From positions 1,001,261-1,065,260 of the forward strand of contig CAVRUK010000005.1 of NCBI GenBank assembly GCA_963724395.1: a stretch of DNA of 64,000 nt, in the 5' to 3' direction. Each line of letters opens with the position of its first letter. The stretch's first letter is position 1. This document shows positions 1 to 10,524 of this stretch, piece by piece. Position numbers and translations under genes: made by a program. Source of the DNA: an uncultured delta proteobacterium. Lineage in GTDB: Bacteria; Desulfobacterota; Binatia; Binatales; Binataceae. The notes beneath the pieces are model-generated. The model had not been told where the DNA came from and searched no databases. It saw only the letters and a list, made by a program, of their open reading frames with translations.

Positions 1-2
1 CG

Positions 3-995
<993 letters not shown>

Positions 996-999
996 GCGC

Positions 1000-1485
1000 G
1001 TGGCGGTCGAGTTCCGGTGCGCGACGGCGCGCGGACGCGGCTACGCGCGCGGGATTCGCGACGACGCCGACCGCCTGATGCGCGCCGCGGGCCTCGCGGA
1101 GTGCGAGTTGTCGCTCACGCTGACCTCGGACCTCGCGATCCGCCGGCTGAATCGCGATTTTCGCGGAATCGACGCCGCCACCGACGTCCTTTCCTTCTCG
1201 CAAATCGAACAGGCCGGCGCCGCGCCGCCGAATCCCCGCAGCGTGAAGAATAGTCCCGGACTTCCAGTCGGCGACGTGGTGATTTCTATCGACACTGCGC
1301 TCCGGCAGGCGCGCGAGTTTCGCGTGACCCCGTCGTCGCGGCTTCGCCGGCTCCTGATTCACGGATTTCTGCATCTGATCGGCTACGATCACGAACGCTC
1401 GCCAGCCGACGCGCGCCGGATGTTCGCGCGCGAGCGAGCGCTGGCGGCGAAGATGAATCGAAAGGACCGCGAACTTTCGCGATGA
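1000..1485 (+). CDS. ybeY: rRNA maturation endoribonuclease YbeY
   Basis: LNRDFRG, TDVLSF, HGFLHLIGYDH motifs; follows phoH. Confidence 0.95.
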   Translation: MAVEFRCATARGRGYARGIRDDADRLMRAAGLAECELSLTLTSDLAIRRLNRDFRGIDAATDVLSFSQIEQAGAAPPNPRSVKNSPGLPVGDVVISIDTALRQAREFRVTPSSRLRRLLIHGFLHLIGYDHERSPADARRMFARERALAAKMNRKDRELSR

Positions 1486-2036
1486 AGCGCAAGCCCGCCA
1501 AGATTCCCGCGGTCGCGATGCTGACGCATTTCACGCGCGCCTCGACTTCCGCGACCGCGCTCGACAACCTGGTCGCGATTCTCAAGGATGGCGTGATTCG
1601 CGGCGGCAGCCGGATGGTTCGCGGCGCGCATCCTGCGGTCTGCATGTTCGACGTGCCAATCGCCGAATTGCGCACGATCCTCGACCGGCGCAATCGTCGC
1701 CGCTATGAACCATTCGGGATCGCGGTCGACAAGCGGTATGCTTTCACAATGGGTGCGCGTCCAGTCATTTACCTGCCGTGGCGCGAGGCGGAAAAGATCC
1801 TCGCTCCGGAGGAAAGCTGGCGCGTGGTGTCTCTTGAAATCGACAAGGATCCTCCGATCGACTGGAGCTTCGAGCGCGAGTGGCGCGTCACCGGCAATCT
1901 CGCGTTCGAGCCGCCGCTGGCGGCCGCGCTGGTCGAAAGCTGGCGGGACGTGGACGAGATTTTCGAGCGCTTCAACGGCCGGCCGCCGTGCGCCGGCGTG
2001 ATTCCTCTTGCCGAGATGTTTGGCTCCCCCGCCTGA
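1482..2036 (+). CDS. AbiGi-like (DUF2743 / ADP-ribosyltransferase-like) hypothetical protein
   Basis: LTHFT, VCMFDVP, YEPFGIAVDK, GARPVIY, DWSFEREWRV motif series; ATGA overlap with ybeY. Confidence 0.55.
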   Translation: MKRKPAKIPAVAMLTHFTRASTSATALDNLVAILKDGVIRGGSRMVRGAHPAVCMFDVPIAELRTILDRRNRRRYEPFGIAVDKRYAFTMGARPVIYLPWREAEKILAPEESWRVVSLEIDKDPPIDWSFEREWRVTGNLAFEPPLAAALVESWRDVDEIFERFNGRPPCAGVIPLAEMFGSPA

Positions 2037-2038
2037 CG

Positions 2039-3658
2039 ATGCCGTCGAACAACGCAACCCGCGCGGCGCTCGCCGTGGCCAGCGGTCTCGCGCTGGGGCT
2101 GGCCTTTCCGAAGTTCGACTACGGACTGCTGGCGTGGGTGGCGCTGGTGCCGCTCTTCTACGTCATCGAAGGCGAAACCATGCGGCGCGTCTTCTGGTGG
2201 GCATACCTGCAGGGATTCGCCGCGAACGTCGTATCGCTTTACTGGATTCCGATTCCGCTGCACGACTTCGCCGACGTGCACATGGCCTTTGCGATCTTTC
2301 CGATGCTGGCGCTGGCGGGAATCGTCGCGATCAACACCGCGGTCGCGATTTGGTCGGGTGAATTCGTCGCGCGGCGGACGCGAATCCCGGCGGTGATCAC
2401 GATGCCGGTGGCTTGGACGGCGCTCGAATGGTTCCGCACCTACATCCCGGTCGGTTTCCCGTGGAACCTGCTCGGCTACGCGGCTTACCGCAACCTCGAA
2501 TTGATCCAGTTCGCCGAATTCACCGGCGTCTACGGGGTCTCGGCGCTGATCGTGTTCTTCAACGCCGTGGTCTACGTCGTGATTTTCCGCCGCGGTGTTT
2601 ATCGCCTGCAGACCGTCAGCCTGAGCGCGCTGACCGCGATGATGATCGCGATGGTCGCGTTCGGCGCGTGGCGAATCAACGATCTCAAGAACGCGCCAAG
2701 TGCGGGCAGCTTCAAGGTCGCGATGGTGCAGGGAAATATCCCGCAATCGCTCAAGTGGGATCCGAAGTTCCTGCCCCAGAGTTACGGAGTTTATCAGGAC
2801 GAAACCGCGAACGCGGCCAAGCGCGGCGCCGACCTGATCGTCTGGCCCGAGGCGGCGGCGGCGTTCCTTTTCCAGCCCGACGATCGATATCCCGCCGGAC
2901 TTGCGGGTGACGAGGCATACCGCACCGCGCTGCTGACGCTCGCGCGCAATCTCGACGAGCCGCTGTTGTTCGGAGCACCGGCACTGGCGCGAACAGATGG
3001 GCGCCTGGGATTCTACAACCGCGCGTATTTGGTGTCGGACAAGGGCGACGTGGCCGCGCATTACGACAAGATCGAGCTGGTGCCATTCGGCGAGTACGTT
3101 CCGGCGCGCGCGATTCTCGGCTTCTTCGTCAACCGGATCGTCGAGGGCATGGGCGATATGATTCCCGGCAAAGTGCAGACGTTGTTCGATTTCAAAGGCG
3201 CCAAGCTCGGAATTTTGATCTGTTACGAAAGTATTTTCCCCGATCTCACGCGGCGCGAGGTGAACGACGGCGCCGACGTCCTCGTGAACATCACCAACGA
3301 CGCGTGGTACGGCGAGAGTTCGGCTCCCTACCAGGTGCTCGCGATGGCGGCGATGCGCTCGGTCGAGACCAAGGTCCCGATGGTGCGCGTGGCGAACACG
3401 GGAATCAGCGCATTGATTGAGCCGTCGGGACAAATCACGAATCGCACTCCCCTGTTCAAGCGCGGCACGGAGATCGTCGACGTCTCGTGGCGCCCGGTGC
3501 GGACAGTCTACACGGTGGTCGGCGATTTGTTCGCGGAAACATGCTTCGCGCTCACGGCGATTGGTTTGATCGTCGCGTGGCAATGGCCGCGCCCGGCGCC
3601 GCTTGAAGTTGAAGTCACTCGATCGCACCGCCTTGCGGCCAACGGCAAGCCCCATTAA
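2039..3658 (+). CDS. lnt: apolipoprotein N-acyltransferase
   Basis: TM N-terminus, QGNI, WPE, YDKIELVPFGEY, ICYE, NITNDAWYG, RVANTGIS. Confidence 0.96.
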   Translation: MPSNNATRAALAVASGLALGLAFPKFDYGLLAWVALVPLFYVIEGETMRRVFWWAYLQGFAANVVSLYWIPIPLHDFADVHMAFAIFPMLALAGIVAINTAVAIWSGEFVARRTRIPAVITMPVAWTALEWFRTYIPVGFPWNLLGYAAYRNLELIQFAEFTGVYGVSALIVFFNAVVYVVIFRRGVYRLQTVSLSALTAMMIAMVAFGAWRINDLKNAPSAGSFKVAMVQGNIPQSLKWDPKFLPQSYGVYQDETANAAKRGADLIVWPEAAAAFLFQPDDRYPAGLAGDEAYRTALLTLARNLDEPLLFGAPALARTDGRLGFYNRAYLVSDKGDVAAHYDKIELVPFGEYVPARAILGFFVNRIVEGMGDMIPGKVQTLFDFKGAKLGILICYESIFPDLTRREVNDGADVLVNITNDAWYGESSAPYQVLAMAAMRSVETKVPMVRVANTGISALIEPSGQITNRTPLFKRGTEIVDVSWRPVRTVYTVVGDLFAETCFALTAIGLIVAWQWPRPAPLEVEVTRSHRLAANGKPH

Positions 3659-3725
3659 TCCCGGCAACTATTCGTGCCATAATAACGGCCTTGCCGGTCG
3701 ATGCCGGCGTGAGGTGTAATTTCCG

Positions 3726-4854
3726 ATGCTCAGCGATATGAGACAGCAGCTTTCCGAGTTTGACGACCGCGCCGAAAAGCTCGGGAGGCGTCTTTGACGT
3801 CCCCGCACTGACCGCCCGCCAGAACACACTCGTCGAACAATCCGCCAAGCCCGGGTTCTGGGATCGCCAGGAGACCGCGCAAGCCGCCCTCAAGGAGCAG
3901 GAGCAGATTCGCGCTCAGCTCGCGGGCTACAAGATGCTGCGCGACAAGCTCGACGAGGCGCGCGTGTTCCTGCAGATGGCCGAAGAGGAAGGCGGCGAGG
4001 ATTCCGAGGCGGCGCGCGAGACTGCAGCGGCGCTCGACGCGTCGCGCACCGAGCTCGAGCGCCAGGAACTGCGCCTGATGCTCAGTGGCGAGTACGATCG
4101 CCTCGGCGCGATCGTCTCGATACATCCCGGCGCCGGCGGCATGGAGGCGCAGGACTGGGCCGAGATGCTGCTGCGCCTTTATCTGCGATGGGCCGAGCGG
4201 CGCGGCTTCAAAACCGAGATTGCGGACTTGCAGCCGGGCGACGGCGCGGGAATCAAGAGCGCAACCGTCACCGTCGAGGGCGATTTCGCGTACGGATACC
4301 TGAAGGCCGAGGCCGGGATTCATCGGCTGGTGCGGATTTCGCCGTACGACTCGAACGCGCGGCGCCATACCTCGTTCGCGTCGGTCTTTGTTTTTCCAGA
4401 GGTTGACGACACGATCGAGATAGTCATCAATCCCGCCGATTTGCGAATCGATACGTTTCGCGCATCGGGTGCGGGCGGCCAGCACGTCAACAAGACAGAC
4501 TCTGCCGTGCGCTTCACGCATATCCCGACCAATATCGTCGTGACCTGCCAGAACGAACGCTCGCAGCATAAGAACCGCGCGATGGCGATGAAAATATTGC
4601 GCGCGCGGCTGTTCGAACTCGAGCAGCGCAAGAAAAAAGAAGAGCTCGAGAAGTTCAGCAAGGACAAAAAAGAAATCGCCTGGGGCAGTCAGATTCGCTC
4701 GTACGTGCTGCAGCCGTACCAGATGGTCAAGGACCATCGCACCGGCGTCGAAGTCGGCAACACCAGCGCGGTACTCGACGGCGCGATCGACGATTTCATC
4801 CAGGCCTACCTGATGGGCGTCCGCAAAGGCGACGCCGACGCAGTGCCCAACTAG
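3726..4854 (+). CDS. prfB: peptide chain release factor 2, join(3726..3794,3796..4854)
   Basis: GGQ motif, SPY at the SPF position; short first ORF ends GGG AGG CGT CTT TGA C. Confidence 0.97.
3783..3798 (+). promoter_or_regulatory. prfB programmed +1 frameshift site (internal SD GGGAGG + CTT TGA C)
   Basis: canonical RF2 autoregulatory sequence seen directly. Confidence 0.95.
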
Positions 4855-4871
4855 GCTTGCGCGATCACGCT

Positions 4872-5050
4872 GGGGGGTGAACTTTTCAGCCTGACGCTCG
4901 CGCGCCTGACGTGCTAACAATCAGGTATGGACATCAGTCAGGTACTACTCCTCATTCACAGTGCGCCCGCAAGGAGAAAACACTACAAATTTGACGGAAC
5001 GAAGCTACGCCTAGTGGGTCACCCGTCCCGAACCACCACAGGTAGTGTAC
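4872..5050 (+). repeat. dispersed bipartite non-coding element, copy 1
   Basis: GGGGGGTGAACTTTTCAGCCTGAC-N15-GTGCTA...ATGG head; TTTGACGGAACGAAGCTAC core at 4990. Confidence 0.85.
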
Positions 5051-5167
5051 ATCGCCACTTTTCGGCCAATTGAACATTCGCAATTCGCCGCCACTTCGGT
5101 CGCAAAATGAATCATTCCCGCCAGCCTTGCGCCCATAATCTGCGTGATCCAGTCTGAGCGACTACCA

Positions 5168-7618
5168 ATGGCGGTGCATCCAGGCGAAGGTTCCCGGCGA
5201 CGTTTTTATCGTTCGCCGCGCGCGCGCAGACGCGCGGTGGTCGGGCTCGTGGTCGCGTTCGTCTTTGTCGTCGTGATGACGGGGCTGTTCTATCAAGCGA
5301 CACAAAGCGGGCTCGCGCCGGAGTCGGGCGTCGTCAAACTTGCGGGGCTGACGGCTCCCGTCAAGGTGATTCGCGACGCGGTCGGCGTACCGCATATCTA
5401 CGCGCAGAACCGGCTCGACCTCGCGCGGGCGCTGGGCTACACGCAGGCGCAGGATCGATTGTTCCAGCTCGAGATGCGCCGGCGGTTGGCTGAGGGGCGC
5501 CTCGCCGAGGTGTTTGGCGCCGACTTGGTTGAGAGCGACTACGTTTACCGGCTGTTCGATCCTGAAAAATTTGCGCACGACAGCGTCGCGGCCTATCCGC
5601 CCGAGATGCGCGCGCAAGTGGATGCGTTCGTCGGCGGGATCAACGCTTATATCGATGCGCATCAGGATAGCCTCGAGCCGGCGTTTCGGCTGGTCGGTAT
5701 CAAGCCGGCGCATTTCACGGCCGAAGACCTCGAGGCGGGCGCGCTGACGATTGCGGTGCTGCTCGGCTACAACGCAACCGAAGAGTCGTTGTACATGAAC
5801 CTCGCGCCGAAGATGGCGCCGAGCGAAATCGCCGCGCTGATGCCGGTGTATCCGACGCTGCCGCTCGAGCCCCCGCCGCGCACGACGACTGCGGCGTTCG
5901 GCGGAACGACGCTGGCGTTTCACCTTGCGCCAGGCTTCGCGCGCCTCGGGCATCTCGGCATGCCCGCGAGCAACAACTGGGTGATCGACGGCACCAAATC
6001 GATGTCGGGCAAACCGATGCTCGCGAGCGATCCGCATCTGCCGCAATCGATTCCGTCGATTTGGTACGAGGCGGTACTCGTGACCCCGGACGGCTTCACC
6101 TCGGGCGCGCTGGCTGCCGGTTCGCCTGCGGTTGCGATCGGCACCAACGGGCATGTGGCGTGGGGCGTGACGAGCGTATGCGCGGATGTGATGGATCTCA
6201 GCCTCGAGCATCTGTCGGCCGACAGCGAACGCAAAAGTTACGAGTTCCAGGGAAAATGGCTCCCGCTGGAGCGGCGCGACGTGACGATTCATGTCAGGGA
6301 CGCGGCCGACGTGACGCGAACGATCCTGTCGACGCGGCACGGTCCGATCGTCAGCGACGTGCTCGCGCGCGAGGACAATCCGCTGAGCGGCGTGAAGGTA
6401 CGCGGGAATTACGCCCTGTCGATGCGCTTTGCCGGGCTGACGCCCGGGCCGTCCGCCGCCTCGGGATTCGGCTCGGCCACTGCACGCACGGGAAAGGAGT
6501 TGGTCGAAGCCTATCGCACCTTCACGACGACGCCGCTCAATCTGGTTTGGGGCGATGACTCTGGAAATATCGGCTGGAAAATCGTCGGCGCAATTCCGAA
6601 TCGCATCGGCTTCGACGGCAAGTATCCGACCGCGGGATTCACCGGGAATTTCGAATGGAACGGGATGATCCCGTTCGACAGTCTGCCGCATAGCGAGAAT
6701 CCAGCGGCGCATTTTATCGTCACTGCCAACAATCGGCTGGCCGACGTTTCATGGAATGGAAGCTGGGTGGCGCCGTGGCGCTTCGATCGTATCTCGAACC
6801 TGCTGCGCGCGCGCGACAAGATGACGATCGATGATTTCAAATCGATTCAGCGCGATCGCGTATCGATCTTCGCGCTGAAGCTGCGCGACGCGCTCGTGCA
6901 GGCCGGCGACGGCGACGACGACGATCTGCGATGGGCGCTCGGGGAACTCCGCGGATGGGACGGCGCGATGACGGCGAACAGCAGGCCGGCGGCGATTGTC
7001 GCGGCAACCGAAGTGACGCTGGCGCGCCGCGTGTTCAAGCCTCTGCTGGGCGAGGACTACAAATCGTTCATGCTGCTCGAGGACGGGGGCGCGTATCCGG
7101 CGAGCGAAGATATGATCGTGCGGCCCGCTAGTACGCTGTGGCCGGGAGGCGCCGACGCCGAGAGTGCGACGTTGCGCGCGGGCTTGAAGGATTCGCTCGC
7201 GCTGCTCGCGACTCGGCTCGGCAACGATCGCGACAAGTGGCGATGGGGCTCGCTGACGACGATCGAATTTGCGCATCCGCTGGGCGCAGGCGGCGGCCTG
7301 CTCGGATGGTACTTCAACCGCGGGCCGTTCCCAACCGAAGGCGGACGGCATACGGTGAACAATTCCTGGTTTGATTTAGGCGACGAACCGGCGCAGTTCA
7401 AAGTCACACAGATTTCGTCGTACCGTTTCATCACCGACCTCGGCGACCCCGAAGGCGCGCTCGGAATGAATCACAGCGGCGAATCGGACCATCCGGCGTC
7501 ACGCCACTACGACGACATGATCGGCCCCTGGAGCCGCGGCGAGTATCACCCGCTCGATCCGAGTTACACGCGCGTGCAGTCGTCAGCCGAGGCTGAATTG
7601 GATCTGGAGCCGCGCTAG
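5168..7618 (+). CDS. penicillin acylase family (Ntn) amidase
   Basis: RDAVGVPHIYA, AQDRLFQLE, beta-chain start SNNW, DPHL; N-terminal TM. Confidence 0.93.
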   Translation: MAVHPGEGSRRRFYRSPRARRRAVVGLVVAFVFVVVMTGLFYQATQSGLAPESGVVKLAGLTAPVKVIRDAVGVPHIYAQNRLDLARALGYTQAQDRLFQLEMRRRLAEGRLAEVFGADLVESDYVYRLFDPEKFAHDSVAAYPPEMRAQVDAFVGGINAYIDAHQDSLEPAFRLVGIKPAHFTAEDLEAGALTIAVLLGYNATEESLYMNLAPKMAPSEIAALMPVYPTLPLEPPPRTTTAAFGGTTLAFHLAPGFARLGHLGMPASNNWVIDGTKSMSGKPMLASDPHLPQSIPSIWYEAVLVTPDGFTSGALAAGSPAVAIGTNGHVAWGVTSVCADVMDLSLEHLSADSERKSYEFQGKWLPLERRDVTIHVRDAADVTRTILSTRHGPIVSDVLAREDNPLSGVKVRGNYALSMRFAGLTPGPSAASGFGSATARTGKELVEAYRTFTTTPLNLVWGDDSGNIGWKIVGAIPNRIGFDGKYPTAGFTGNFEWNGMIPFDSLPHSENPAAHFIVTANNRLADVSWNGSWVAPWRFDRISNLLRARDKMTIDDFKSIQRDRVSIFALKLRDALVQAGDGDDDDLRWALGELRGWDGAMTANSRPAAIVAATEVTLARRVFKPLLGEDYKSFMLLEDGGAYPASEDMIVRPASTLWPGGADAESATLRAGLKDSLALLATRLGNDRDKWRWGSLTTIEFAHPLGAGGGLLGWYFNRGPFPTEGGRHTVNNSWFDLGDEPAQFKVTQISSYRFITDLGDPEGALGMNHSGESDHPASRHYDDMIGPWSRGEYHPLDPSYTRVQSSAEAELDLEPR

Positions 7619-7712
7619 CTATGTCTTTCAGCTTGCCTCGCACGCACGACTGATCAAAGTTGCAATATGAAACGAACGCCTCGTTTCGAATAATTGTCAC
7701 AAGGAGTTGCGG

Positions 7713-8432
7713 ATGATCGACTTATATTTCTGGCCAACGCCCAACGGCTACAAGATTACCTGGATGCTCGAGGAGGTCGGCCTCAAGTACAACGTGATCC
7801 CGGTCAATATCGGCGCGGGCGATCAGTTCAAGCCCGAGTTTCTGAAAATCAGCCCGAACAATCGCATGCCCGCGATGACCGATCCCGACGGTCCCGGCGG
7901 AAAACCGATCTCGATTTTCGAGTCGGGCGCGATCCTGATGTACCTGGCCGAGAAGACCGGCAAGCTGATGCCGTCCGACACGCGCGGCAAGTACAACGTG
8001 ATTCAGTGGCTGATGTTCCAGATGTCGAGCGTCGGCCCGATGCTCGGCCAGGCGCATCACTTTCGCCGCTACGCGCCCGAGAAGATCGAGTACGCGATCA
8101 ACCGCTATACCAATGAGGCCAAGCGCATCTACGGCGTGATCGACAAGCGCCTCGGCGAAGCGAAATACCTGGCGGGAGAGTATTCGATCGCCGATATCGC
8201 GACTTACCCGTGGCTGGTGCCGCATTCGATGCAAGGACAGAACCTCGAAGATTTTCCGAATCTGAAAAAATGGTACGACGAACTGCGCGCGCGGCCGGCG
8301 ACCCAGCGCGGCTTCGCAGTGATGAGCGAGATCGTCGAGAAGATGCGCACGGCGGCGCAAGCGAATCAGCCGGCGCACGATCCGAAGACGTGGGAGATAC
8401 TGTTCGGGAAGAAGCAGTTCGAGAAGCGGTAA
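7713..8432 (+). CDS. glutathione S-transferase, YfcG/Nu-like
   Basis: WPTPNG, SPNNRMP, FESGAIL, SIADIA. Confidence 0.93.
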   Translation: MIDLYFWPTPNGYKITWMLEEVGLKYNVIPVNIGAGDQFKPEFLKISPNNRMPAMTDPDGPGGKPISIFESGAILMYLAEKTGKLMPSDTRGKYNVIQWLMFQMSSVGPMLGQAHHFRRYAPEKIEYAINRYTNEAKRIYGVIDKRLGEAKYLAGEYSIADIATYPWLVPHSMQGQNLEDFPNLKKWYDELRARPATQRGFAVMSEIVEKMRTAAQANQPAHDPKTWEILFGKKQFEKR

Positions 8433-8459
8433 GAGAATTCGTCCCAGTTGGAAACTTTG

Positions 8460-9380
8460 TCAGGCCGAGCGTTGTGAACCATCCAGTAGTCGCAGCAGCG
8501 TGTACACGATTTCGACGGTGGGCACCTTCAGGCCGTGGCGGCTGGCCGCGCGGACTACGGCGCCGCTGAGGGCTTCGTATTCGAGCGATTTGCCGCGTTC
8601 CAGGTCCTGCTGGGTCGAGGTCTTCAGCGCGCGCAGGTTTTTGTGCGAGTGCGCGATGTACGCGTCGATGCGGTCGTCGGAGATGTGCGCGCCCTCGGCG
8701 CGCGCGACGGTGACAATCTCCCGCATCATCGTGCGCAGGAGCTCCAGGCCTTCGGGGTCGTCGATAATCTCGCCGACGCGCCGGCGCGTCAGCGTCGTCA
8801 CGGTGTTGAGAGCGCCATTCCAGATGAGCTTGTCCCATCGCGCGGTCATGATGTCGGTTGAGACCTGGCCGAGAATCCCGGCGCGTCGAAACACTTCGGC
8901 GATTGTCTTGACTCGCTCCGTCTCGCGGCCGTCGAGTTCGCCGAAGTCGATTTGGCCGGTGCTCAGATGAACAATTTTGCCGGGCGCGACCATCTCGACT
9001 CCGACGCGCGCGTTGCCGCCCATCACAGCGTCGCGGCCGAATATCGCAGCGAGCTTAGACTCGTTCTCGACGCCGTTCTGAAGCGTGAGAATCGCGCCGC
9101 CCGGCCGAAGGCATCCCGAGATAGCCTGCGCGGCGGCGTCGGTGTCGTAGGCCTTCACGCAGAACAGGATCAGATCATACGGCGCGAAGTCGTGGGGCGT
9201 ATCGGTAGCCGTGACCTCGATTCGCAGATCGCCCCGGATGCTGGTGATGTCGAGGCCACGCTCGCGGATCGCGCGCAGATTTTCCCCGCGCGCGCACAAG
9301 ACGACGTCCTCGCCGGCGGCCCGCATCCGTGCGCCGAAGTAAGCTCCGACCGCGCCCGCACCCATCACGAGAATTTTCAT
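8460..9380 (-). CDS. panE: 2-dehydropantoate 2-reductase (KPR family)
   Basis: GAGAVG, VKAYD, LQNGV, WDKLIWN, STQQD, LEYEAL. Confidence 0.88.
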   Translation of the reverse strand: MKILVMGAGAVGAYFGARMRAAGEDVVLCARGENLRAIRERGLDITSIRGDLRIEVTATDTPHDFAPYDLILFCVKAYDTDAAAQAISGCLRPGGAILTLQNGVENESKLAAIFGRDAVMGGNARVGVEMVAPGKIVHLSTGQIDFGELDGRETERVKTIAEVFRRAGILGQVSTDIMTARWDKLIWNGALNTVTTLTRRRVGEIIDDPEGLELLRTMMREIVTVARAEGAHISDDRIDAYIAHSHKNLRALKTSTQQDLERGKSLEYEALSGAVVRAASRHGLKVPTVEIVYTLLRLLDGSQRSA

Positions 9381-9420
9381 TTTCTCACTTTTTTACTTTT
9401 TCACTTTTTTACTTTTCACT
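9381..9420. repeat. five tandem ~8-nt units TTTTT(C/T)AC
   Basis: tttctcac ttttttac tttttcac ttttttac ttttcac. Confidence 0.8.
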
Positions 9421-9469
9421 GCGCCTATCGTAGCGCCGCCGCGATCTGTTGTAATCAACCTCGGTCACG

Positions 9470-10246
9470 ATGGAATCGGCGAGCGAAACGAGTCTTCCAG
9501 GTGCGCGCGAACTGTTGTTCGACGCCGTGCTGGCGGTGGCGACGCTGACGCTGTGGCCGATCCTCGACGAAAGATCGCAGGGCACCGCCGCGCAGCGCGC
9601 GCGCGCGATGGTCTATTTTCCGATTGTTGGTTTCGTCCTCGGAGTAATTCTCGCGGTTGCCGATCGAAGCGCCGGCCTGGTAGCGGGACCAGTCACAAGC
9701 TCGTTCGTCGTGCTGACAATCGGAGGAGCGCTCTCGCTGGGGCTGGCGAATCGCGGAGTGGCGGACACGGCCGAGGTGCTGCGGCGGGGCACGCGGCCGG
9801 CCTCGACCGGACTGGCGCGAATCGGACCGGTGGGAGCGGGCGCATCGCTGGCCGCGTTCGCGTTCGAGGTCTGGTGCCTGTCGCGAATCACCGACGACGC
9901 GGGACGCGCGGGCGCGCTGGTGATGGCGATGACGCTGTCGCGATGGGCGATCGTTCCAATCGGCTACGGGCTGAAACCGCTGGAGCATTGGGGGCTCGGC
10001 ATCCCGTACGAAGGCGGCATTTCGTTTCGCGAGTTCGCCGTCTCGAGCGTCGTGGCGCTGGGACTCACGATGGGGCTGTATCAGAACGTCGGGCTGGCGG
10101 TGATCGTCGCGTTGGCGCTGACTATTCTCGCGATGCGGCTGGTGCTGAGCCGCCGGATGGGCGGCGCATCGGGCTACATGCTGGCGGGCGGATGCGCGGT
10201 TACCGAGGTCGTCACGTTTGCGGTGCTGGCAGCGCTTCGGGTTTAG
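9470..10246 (+). CDS. cobS: adenosylcobinamide-GDP ribazoletransferase-like membrane protein
   Basis: YFPIVG, GVADTAE, RIGPVGA, RMGGASG pattern; divergent. Confidence 0.7.
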   Translation: MESASETSLPGARELLFDAVLAVATLTLWPILDERSQGTAAQRARAMVYFPIVGFVLGVILAVADRSAGLVAGPVTSSFVVLTIGGALSLGLANRGVADTAEVLRRGTRPASTGLARIGPVGAGASLAAFAFEVWCLSRITDDAGRAGALVMAMTLSRWAIVPIGYGLKPLEHWGLGIPYEGGISFREFAVSSVVALGLTMGLYQNVGLAVIVALALTILAMRLVLSRRMGGASGYMLAGGCAVTEVVTFAVLAALRV

Positions 10247-10276
10247 CAGCTACCGATGGCAGCGAGCGGTCCAAAA

Positions 10277-10517
10277 TCCTAACCTCTCCTTGTCCGAGGA
10301 GAGGTCGGCGCGAGCCGAAGGTGAGCGACGGGAGAGGTGCAACGCTCGCCGTCGTAGTAGTGCGTGTTGTGCTGCTGTCGTGCAGCGGAGTCAGTGTCTG
10401 TAAATTGTGGTTCGAGGAGTAAACGTCGGTGCGGTGTCTGGCGTTGCACCTCACCCGGCGACACCGCTTTTTCAAGCGGCTTTCGCCGACCTCTCCTCGG
10501 ACAAGGAGAGGTTAGGA
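10277..10517. repeat. REPIN/BIME-like element with perfect 34-bp terminal inverted repeats
   Basis: 10277-10310 is the exact reverse complement of 10484-10517; inner 12-bp IR 10334-10345/10441-10452. Confidence 0.9.
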
Positions 10518-10524
10518 CAGAGTT

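Noticed and set aside
3783-3798. prfB internal stop as a pseudogene or novelty
   Set aside because: Canonical RF2 programmed frameshift.
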